Below are positions 27,235 through 33,222 of a DNA stretch of 33,222 nt, piece after piece (position 1 is the stretch's first letter; each line of letters starts with the position of its first letter). Made by a program: the position numbers and the translations under genes. The notes beneath the pieces are model-generated. The model ran no database searches. It was given only the letters and a program-made list of their open reading frames with translations, and was not told the origin of the DNA. The stretch comes from a candidate division WOR-3 bacterium (GTDB lineage: Bacteria > Hydrothermota > Hydrothermia > JBDRYB01): assembly GCA_039803205.1 (NCBI GenBank), contig JBDRYB010000021.1:1-33222 (forward strand), in the 5' to 3' direction.

Positions 27235-28854
27235 CTATTTCACTCCCACAGGCGCTTTGGCTGTTACCGTCCCAGAGCTAGTTGAAAGAACGAGGTAATA
27301 AATGCCGTCCGGAAGCCCCGCGGTTGACACCGTTGCCCTGTGATAGCCAGCGGGAGCCTCGTCCTTAAACGCCTCCTTCACGAGCCTCCCAGATGGGTCG
27401 TAGAGAGCCAGAGAAACAAAGCCCTCTCGCGGAACCGAGAAGAGAACCTCAAACCTCCCTTTGTGCGGCACAGCGATCAGCGAAAGCCCTGTTAAGGCTC
27501 CTGTGGCCTCCGGGGCCCCCTCATACAGCGGTTTCGGCATGCATACTCGCCTGTAGAACATGTCCGCGTCGCTCACCAGAAGGTCCATGTCAGACCATGT
27601 CACGCAAGCGCATGTGTCCCTCGCGGCCGTAGAAGGGAGTATTGACCAGTATCTGGTGTTTCCGGAGGCGTTCAAGGCTGGAAAAGACCAACTGGCTCCG
27701 TAATTGCCGGAGAATTGGTATAGTATCTCTCCGTTGAAGGTGGAGTTCCTGAACCACCAGAACACATGGACATACTGGCCTGTTGGGTCGCAAGCGATGG
27801 AGGGCGATACGCTCCAACCTCCGCCGTGTGCCATAGCCGAGTCTATTGTCAGAGCCTGATCTGATCCCGAAGGTATCCAGGTCGCGCCGTTGTCCGTTGA
27901 GCGCTTCACCCTTATGTAGTAAGCGTCATCCCATGCGGCATAAACATAGTCTCCAGCCGCTTCTATGCTCGGATACCCGTAAAAGGAAATGAGGGTGTTG
28001 GATGAGGTGAACAGGGTTGAGGTTGACCAGGATGAACCAGCGTTGGTTGAGCGCGCATACATCTTGTCTATTGAGGTCAATTTCCACTTCAGGAATATCA
28101 CATGGACATAGTTTCCAGAAGCCGCGATGTCCGGCCACATGACGGGAAGGACATCTCCAGCTTCATAGACCCGGGTTTCAGAGCCCCAGGTCGCGCCGTT
28201 GTCCGTTGAGCGCCTCAGGGTTATGTCCATCCACTGATCGTGGTCATAATCATCAAGCCATATCGCGTAGACATTGTTCCCCGAAGCGGCAATAGCTGGA
28301 GCAGAGCCTACCGAGTCAACCCCGTGAAGCAGGACGGGAGACGACCAGTTGACCCCAGCGTTGGTGCTCCTCGCGTAGTAAATCCAGTAGTGATGGCGTT
28401 CAACCGTATCAGTATCACCGCCCCCAAGGTTTATGTAGTAGGTCCAAACAGAGTCTATGTCCCATATGGCGTGCACATAGTTTCCGTTCGCGCAGAGCGA
28501 GGTGTGGTTCGGGCCCATGCCCAGCTCAAAGATCGTGTCGCCGTGGGGAGGAGGGTCAGGGGGATCGGTAACCGTCATTAGGGTTATGATTGAGCCCCAT
28601 GTGGTCCCGAAATCGGTTGAACGGCGGTAGACAACCGAGCCTCCTGAATAATAATCAGTCCGGTTGTTTTCGGCCCAGAGGACATGGACCACATCTCCAA
28701 CAGCGTCTATGTTGTGCTGGGTTCCGTGGCAGGATATTGAGCAGTTATTAGCGGTGTTAGAGAGGTTGACCACTGGGCCCCAGCTCTGTGCGGAGAGGAC
28801 TCCAAAAAGGAGCACCGCACTGCTTCCTACTCTCAATAAATTAGCTCCCTTCAA
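27235..28854 (-). CDS. Secreted BNR/Asp-box repeat beta-propeller protein with T9SS type A-like C-terminal domain
   Basis: Six S(T)(D/N)xGxxW boxes (RSTDFGTTW, RSTNAGVNW, RSTDNGATW twice, RSTNAGSSW, FSGNYGASW); C-terminus LALYDPSGRLV...LPDGIYYLVL; start reassigned to TTG 28854 behind SD AAGGAGGTG. Confidence 0.85.
   Translation of the reverse strand: MKGANLLRVGSSAVLLFGVLSAQSWGPVVNLSNTANNCSISCHGTQHNIDAVGDVVHVLWAENNRTDYYSGGSVVYRRSTDFGTTWGSIITLMTVTDPPDPPPHGDTIFELGMGPNHTSLCANGNYVHAIWDIDSVWTYYINLGGGDTDTVERHHYWIYYARSTNAGVNWSSPVLLHGVDSVGSAPAIAASGNNVYAIWLDDYDHDQWMDITLRRSTDNGATWGSETRVYEAGDVLPVMWPDIAASGNYVHVIFLKWKLTSIDKMYARSTNAGSSWSTSTLFTSSNTLISFYGYPSIEAAGDYVYAAWDDAYYIRVKRSTDNGATWIPSGSDQALTIDSAMAHGGGWSVSPSIACDPTGQYVHVFWWFRNSTFNGEILYQFSGNYGASWSFPALNASGNTRYWSILPSTAARDTCACVTWSDMDLLVSDADMFYRRVCMPKPLYEGAPEATGALTGLSLIAVPHKGRFEVLFSVPREGFVSLALYDPSGRLVKEAFKDEAPAGYHRATVSTAGLPDGIYYLVLSTSSGTVTAKAPVGVK
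27877..28213. repeat. 28-bp exact direct repeat within the BNR gene (27877-27904 and 28186-28213)
   Basis: CCAGGTCGCGCCGTTGTCCGTTGAGCGC occurs twice, encoding RSTDNGATW on the minus strand. Confidence 0.9.
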
Positions 28855-28881
28855 GACGCACCTCCTTTCATCGCGGGTCAA

Positions 28882-28910
28882 AGTATAATGCAAGGGGTGC
28901 GGCAATTCAA
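28882..28910 (-). promoter_or_regulatory. Sigma70-like promoter for the BNR protein
   Basis: TTGAAT-N17-TATACT. Confidence 0.65.
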
Positions 28911-29070
28911 GCTCGCGATGAGCTGGTCCTGAGAAGGGCCAAGGACTACTGGGACGCCAAAACTTAGGAAGGGAAAGAGCCTCATCCTTGATGAGCTGGA
29001 GAGGGCTACAGAATACCACAGGAAGACCCTGATGAGGCTGATGAAGAAGGCAAAGCCCAGAGAAGCTCAG
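28905..29070 (+). pseudogene. Frameshifted N-terminal remnant of an integrase-core (ISNCY-like) transposase
   Basis: ARDELVLRRAKDYWDAKT then, after a +1 shift at ~28965, RKGKSLILDELERATEYHRKTLMRLM; matches the Y..A....K..ILDE....GYHRK..IRL N-terminal pattern. Not in the ORF track. Confidence 0.65.
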
Positions 29071-29078
29071 GGACGCGG

Positions 29079-29108
29079 TTGTCTCTGGCCATGGGTTTGG
29101 GTTAAACT
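29079..29108 (+). promoter_or_regulatory. Candidate promoter for the V/A-ATPase I-K-E unit
   Basis: TTGTCT-N18-TAAACT-N8-TTG, no SD. Confidence 0.55.
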
Positions 29109-29116
29109 ATTCGCTC

Positions 29117-30949
29117 TTGATCGCCAAGGTTCTTCGCGCGGAGATAACGGCTAAGAAGGCTGATTTCTGGCCGGTTCTTGAGGCAATAAAGCGAGGCGGC
29201 GTCCTCCACATAGAGCCAGCCGAGGAGGATATGCTGGGGCTCAGCCCCGAGGAAGCGCAGGAGGAGCGAGCCCTTTCGGCCCTCTTGCCCCTTTTCAGGG
29301 AGATGGCGAGAGCGGCAGGAGGGTTTCCGGAAGCCGAGCCGATCGGGATGAGCCCGGAGGAGATCGTCAGGGAAACGAGGGAAATATACGAGGATTTCAA
29401 GGCGCAGGCTGAGCGGTTGGATGAGATGAGGGCGGGTCTCAGGGTGATGTTGGATCACAAAAGGGTTATATCCGCGGCCCTGCGCCTCGCTCCAAAGGGA
29501 GAGGATTACGCTGTCATAACCCTCTCAAGGGATGAGCTTAGGCACCTCAGCGTTGTTCGTGATTTTCTCAGAGAGCGCGGGGCAGAGGCCCGGCTTGAGG
29601 CAACGGAGATAGCGGGAAACCGGGTTGCAGTTATCATCCCAGCAGGGAAAATCCTGCCCGAGCTTAAGGAATTCCTGTATAAAGAGGGATTCAACGAGCT
29701 CAGGCTCCCGGAGGAGCTCTCCTCAATGAGCCTGGAGGAAGCGGCTCAGCAGCTTGAGAGGGGGATAAAGGACCTGCCCAGAAAATTGGAAGAGGCCGAA
29801 AGCGCGCTTCTCGGATACACCCGCGAGAAGGCACAGCGCCTCTCAGAGCTCATGGCAACCGCTTTTGATAGGCTTGCTTGCCTCAGGATAAAATCCGAGA
29901 TGGCTCGGGCTGGCAGGTTCACATTCACCATAAACGGTTGGATCCTTGAAAAGGATAAGGGGATATTGCTTTCAGCGCTCAAGGGCCTACCAGTAGCCAT
30001 CACCCTCGCGCCGCCGGACAAAAAGGAGTTCCACCGCGTTCCAGTGAAGCTCGTGAATCCAGGGTTTTCTCGGCCTTTCGAGGCACTCCTTGGCATCTAC
30101 CAACTGCCCATGTATGGTTCGCTTGACCCGACATGGAGCCTTTGGCTCTTCTTTCCCATATACTTTGGTTTCATGTTGGGGGATGTGGGCTACGGCATTC
30201 TCGCCCTCGTCATATTCGGCTTTATGAGGGCGCTCTCAAAACCCAGAACGGTTCTCAGGGATTTCTCCAACCTGTTCCTCTGGGCATCTGGCTGGAGCGT
30301 ATTTTTCGGGGTCCTGTATGGGGAATTCTTCGGCACAATGGGAGAGGCGCTCGGCATGAAGCCTATCCTTCTTCATCGTCTCCACGACATAACGCACATG
30401 CTTCTTCTTTCTGTTGGATTCGGGGTCATCCAGGTTCTCCTCGGGATATTCATGGGTTTCATAAACAACATGAGGCTCGGCCACCCGAAGCACGCGATAT
30501 ACGAGCTGGGGAGATTTTTCGGGATAATCGGGATACTCACAGCCATTCTCAGCCTGGCAAGCCTCCTGCCGCACCCGGGCCTATGGCTTGGATTGGGGCT
30601 TATTGGTCTGAGCCTCCCCGCTGTGGTCTGGGCAGAGGGTTTCATAGCTCCCCTTGAAATGCTTTCTGCAATAGGAAACATGATGAGCTTCGCCCGGCTA
30701 ATGGCAATAGGCCTTGCTTCAGCTATACTCGCCATGATAGCCAACACATTCTATTCAAAGATACCCATACTCATCGGAGGGCTCCTTACTGCCTTACTTT
30801 TCCACGCCCTGAACACTATCCTTGGGATATTTGACCCGACCATTCAAGGTCTCAGGCTCCAGTTCGTGGAGTTCTTTTCAAAGTTCTACATAACGGGAAC
30901 TAAAACCTTCAAACCGTTTCGGATAGGAGGAAAGGACTATGTTTCGTAG
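29117..30949 (+). CDS. atpI: V/A-type ATP synthase subunit I (a)
   Basis: PVKLVNP..RPFE, P.YGSLDPT, FFPIYFGFMLGDVGYG, SFARLMAIGLA (essential Arg), LRLQFVEFFSKFY. Confidence 0.96.
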   Translation: MIAKVLRAEITAKKADFWPVLEAIKRGGVLHIEPAEEDMLGLSPEEAQEERALSALLPLFREMARAAGGFPEAEPIGMSPEEIVRETREIYEDFKAQAERLDEMRAGLRVMLDHKRVISAALRLAPKGEDYAVITLSRDELRHLSVVRDFLRERGAEARLEATEIAGNRVAVIIPAGKILPELKEFLYKEGFNELRLPEELSSMSLEEAAQQLERGIKDLPRKLEEAESALLGYTREKAQRLSELMATAFDRLACLRIKSEMARAGRFTFTINGWILEKDKGILLSALKGLPVAITLAPPDKKEFHRVPVKLVNPGFSRPFEALLGIYQLPMYGSLDPTWSLWLFFPIYFGFMLGDVGYGILALVIFGFMRALSKPRTVLRDFSNLFLWASGWSVFFGVLYGEFFGTMGEALGMKPILLHRLHDITHMLLLSVGFGVIQVLLGIFMGFINNMRLGHPKHAIYELGRFFGIIGILTAILSLASLLPHPGLWLGLGLIGLSLPAVVWAEGFIAPLEMLSAIGNMMSFARLMAIGLASAILAMIANTFYSKIPILIGGLLTALLFHALNTILGIFDPTIQGLRLQFVEFFSKFYITGTKTFKPFRIGGKDYVS

Positions 30950-31247
30950 GATCGCACCTTATCTGTTGGCGGCCGCAGGAGCTATATTGGGATTCGTCGG
31001 GATCGCGTTCGCACAGGAAGCAGCTGCCCACGCTGGCAAAGACCCTCTCATCTATATCGCGTCAGCAGTGGCAGTATCCCTCCCTGCCATTGCCACTGCC
31101 TACGCGCAAGCAAAGATAGGAGCCGCTGGTTCGGGCGCTTTGGCGGAGAACCGCGAGCTTTTTGTTCCCATCATGATCCTGGTTGCCCTGCCGGAGACCG
31201 CTGTGATCCTGGGGTTCGTCATAGCCATACTCGTCCTCTTCATATAG
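30939..31247 (+). CDS. atpK: V/A-type ATP synthase subunit K (c, proteolipid)
   Basis: AYAQAKIGAAGSGALAE...LPETAVILGFVIA single hairpin with the carrier Glu; SD GGAGG. Confidence 0.95.
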   Translation: MFRRIAPYLLAAAGAILGFVGIAFAQEAAAHAGKDPLIYIASAVAVSLPAIATAYAQAKIGAAGSGALAENRELFVPIMILVALPETAVILGFVIAILVLFI

Positions 31248-31248
31248 A

Positions 31249-31827
31249 ATGGGCGATGAGATTGAGCGCCTGGCCCGTGAGGCCGCTGACGCGGAGGCTT
31301 GGTCAGCTGAGCTTTGCGCTCGGTCTGATGCTGAGAGGATCATCTCTGAGGCAAAGCAGAGGGCCCAGGAGATAATAGCCCAGGCCGAGCGCTCAGCGAG
31401 CCGCTGGGTTTGTGCTGAGAGGGCAAAACGCCTCGGAGAGGCCCGCAATCGTATCCTCGAAAACATCCTGATCATAAAGCATAGGGCTGTTGAGAGGGCA
31501 GTTGTCAAAGCGAGACAGGAATTGGAGGAGCTGAGACGCGACAAAAATAGGTATGCCCCTATCCTTGAGAGGCTCATCCTTGAGGCGGTCCGCGGCATAC
31601 AGAACCCCTTGATTGAGGTCGCGCCAGTGGATACCGAGTTGGCAGAGGAGATCCTGAAGAAACACGGCATAAGGGGAGAGGTTTGCCCCTCGTCCTCTGT
31701 TGACGCTGGCGCGATAGTCCGTGATGTCAAAAGGGGATTCTCGGTCTACAACACATTCTCGGACAGGACCGCGAAGGCCGCTGATATCCTCCTGACCCGT
31801 TTCGGGGAGGTTTTCGGAACGGAATAA
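31249..31827 (+). CDS. atpE: V/A-type ATP synthase subunit E
   Basis: N-terminal coiled coil (AERIISEAKQRAQEIIAQAE), Y..ILERLILEA and GAIV...G...YNTF..R C-terminal motif; follows subunit K. Confidence 0.88.
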   Translation: MGDEIERLAREAADAEAWSAELCARSDAERIISEAKQRAQEIIAQAERSASRWVCAERAKRLGEARNRILENILIIKHRAVERAVVKARQELEELRRDKNRYAPILERLILEAVRGIQNPLIEVAPVDTELAEEILKKHGIRGEVCPSSSVDAGAIVRDVKRGFSVYNTFSDRTAKAADILLTRFGEVFGTE

Positions 31828-32069
31828 ATGCAGGCCTGAATCTCTGCGTGGCGCCGCGATGGCCTTGGGTATTGCTTTCGTCCCTAGTTGAGGTGAAGAG
31901 GTTTAGAAGCGGCTCGAGGTGGCCTGGTTCACCATCCCTCTCTGTGGCTATGGAATAGGGTATCCTGGCTCTCAGGGGCCTCTAGGCTGATGAGTTTCTC
32001 TTCACGAGGGACACTAAGCCTATATGAGGATTGTATTCGGAGATCACATTTTTGGAGCTGAACGCCAGC

Positions 32070-32099
32070 TTGCCCTCGCGCCATCCCGAGCTTTAACAT
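32070..32099 (+). promoter_or_regulatory. Candidate promoter for the right-edge gene
   Basis: TTGCCC-N18-TAACAT followed by SD GGAGGTG. Confidence 0.55.
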
Positions 32100-32117
32100 T
32101 TGAGCGGAGGTGAGAGT

Positions 32118-33222
32118 ATGGTTTGGGTTCTCATGTCCACATGGCAGATATGGAGCTTTGGCAAGGGGTGGATAACCCCTGAGGCCCTAGCGGTTGACAG
32201 CCAGGGGACAGTTCATCTTGTCTATCAATCAGGGGATAATTGTCTCGTCCACGCTTGGTTTGAGGGAAACAGCTGGCCATCTGAGACCATAGGCACATGC
32301 ACATCGCCGCCGGTTCTCAGGGTAGGAGTAGTGGATAAGGGCCTACATGTGATAGCTGGCTCAGGTCTGACCTATTACTATAAGTCGTTATCGGGCTCCG
32401 GCTGGTTCAAGAAAGGCCTTGGATACAGCTCTTCGGATTATGATCTTCTCGTCATAAATAGACCGCTTATCGGTTTTTATGTCTCCTATGGAAAGATATA
32501 CCGTGGCGACGGAGATACCCTTGGAAACTTCAGTGTGATCCTCATTGATTCCTCCTATGTAGAGTATTATCCACCTGATCCGCCTTACTATTGGAGATAC
32601 TCCTATTCGGTCGGAGGCCCCGTGAGCGTACCCATGGGAGGCATAATATGGTATAGTATCTCTACGGATAGCTATTACTATAAAAAGGGTTCCCTCGTGC
32701 CCAACAGCTGCTCTTACAAATACGGCGACCTTGAGTATGAATACTATCAATACTACGATTATAAGCCGTGCGGTCAGCGTGTGGACGACATAGCGTGCGA
32801 ACGAGGCTTTCTCGTTTATTATAACCCAAAGTATGAATGTGACTACATCCGAACCTACCCCATGAACGACACCATAAAGGGGCTTTTCTGGGGGCCTGAC
32901 ATCTGTAAGCCTGGTCCTTACCTGCTGAGCGCCATTGGCCAGCATGACCGTTTCCCCTATTTGATTTGCGGGACGAACTATTATTCAATAGACACGGTGC
33001 GTTCAATTTCAGTCAGCTCAATAGCGGCTACGGATACCAATAATGTGTTTATTGCCTATGTGGGTTATGATTCCATCCTCCGGGTCGCTTACGGTTCTCT
33101 CTTTGGAGACACACCAGAACCCCCTCCCCCCGATTCCCTTCCCCCACCCATCTTCGGCTCCATCATTCTCAGAGCCCCATCCCAATCCGGAGGATACATA
33201 AGGTTCACGGCTGGCGCGAGTG
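32118..33222 (+). CDS. Partial Tyr-rich secreted propeller-like protein running off the right edge
   Basis: Missing from the ORF track because no stop lies in the window. GGAGGTG SD, ATG 32118, open for 368 codons: MVWVLMSTWQIWS...ALAVDSQGTVHLVY...IAATDTNNVFIAY...PEPPPPDSLPPP. Confidence 0.85.
   Translation, partial: MVWVLMSTWQIWSFGKGWITPEALAVDSQGTVHLVYQSGDNCLVHAWFEGNSWPSETIGTCTSPPVLRVGVVDKGLHVIAGSGLTYYYKSLSGSGWFKKGLGYSSSDYDLLVINRPLIGFYVSYGKIYRGDGDTLGNFSVILIDSSYVEYYPPDPPYYWRYSYSVGGPVSVPMGGIIWYSISTDSYYYKKGSLVPNSCSYKYGDLEYEYYQYYDYKPCGQRVDDIACERGFLVYYNPKYECDYIRTYPMNDTIKGLFWGPDICKPGPYLLSAIGQHDRFPYLICGTNYYSIDTVRSISVSSIAATDTNNVFIAYVGYDSILRVAYGSLFGDTPEPPPPDSLPPPIFGSIILRAPSQSGGYIRFTAGAS

Noticed and set aside
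27235..28854. Calling the BNR protein a sialidase
   Set aside because: Asp-boxes are structural; no RIP motif or arginine triad could be identified.
28855..29019. N-terminal 55 codons of the 594-aa ORF
   Set aside because: They span the promoter and the antisense IS remnant; the SD and signal peptide support TTG 28854.
31944..32022. GGCTATGGAAT...GCTGATGAG with a hairpin, reminiscent of a fluoride riboswitch or hammerhead core
   Set aside because: No P1 stem for a fluoride riboswitch, no GAAA after the stem for a hammerhead, no fluoride-related gene downstream, and it lies upstream of the next predicted promoter.
33119..33150. C-rich tract as a phase-variation site
   Set aside because: Interrupted runs encoding an in-frame Pro-rich linker; no long pure homopolymer.
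1..33222. CRISPR array, diversity-generating retroelement, prophage or defence island
   Set aside because: No regularly spaced repeats, reverse transcriptase, cas, phage or recognisable defence genes; the repeats found are intragenic protein-repeat copies.

Overview
A gene-dense chromosomal window from a diderm bacterium. BamA, several secreted proteins with T9SS/Por-type C-terminal sorting domains, a V/A-type ATP synthase and AGG/ATA-rich codon use suggest an FCB-related, probably thermophilic lineage such as candidate division WOR-3; this taxonomy is inference. Housekeeping content: M23 peptidase-murJ, a Zn/Mn ABC transporter, an SPFH protein, rpsT-tRNA-Val(TAC), bamA, a GT4 glycosyltransferase, folP-cdaA-cdaR-ispDF and a partial V/A-ATPase operon (I, K, E). 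There are five or six large secreted repeat/propeller proteins and two transposase remnants. The most notable observations are: (1) a translationally coupled Wza/SLBB-PqqD(RRE)-HPr-kinase-like-nucleotidyltransferase operon with no precursor, cyclase or peptidase in view; (2) near-total absence of ACGT and GTAC, and strong depletion of TCGA; (3) sigma70-like promoters with 18-bp spacers and frequent leaderless starts; (4) ultra-short, uncharged signal peptides; (5) an H. pylori-type extended FolP. All motif counts were made by eye.
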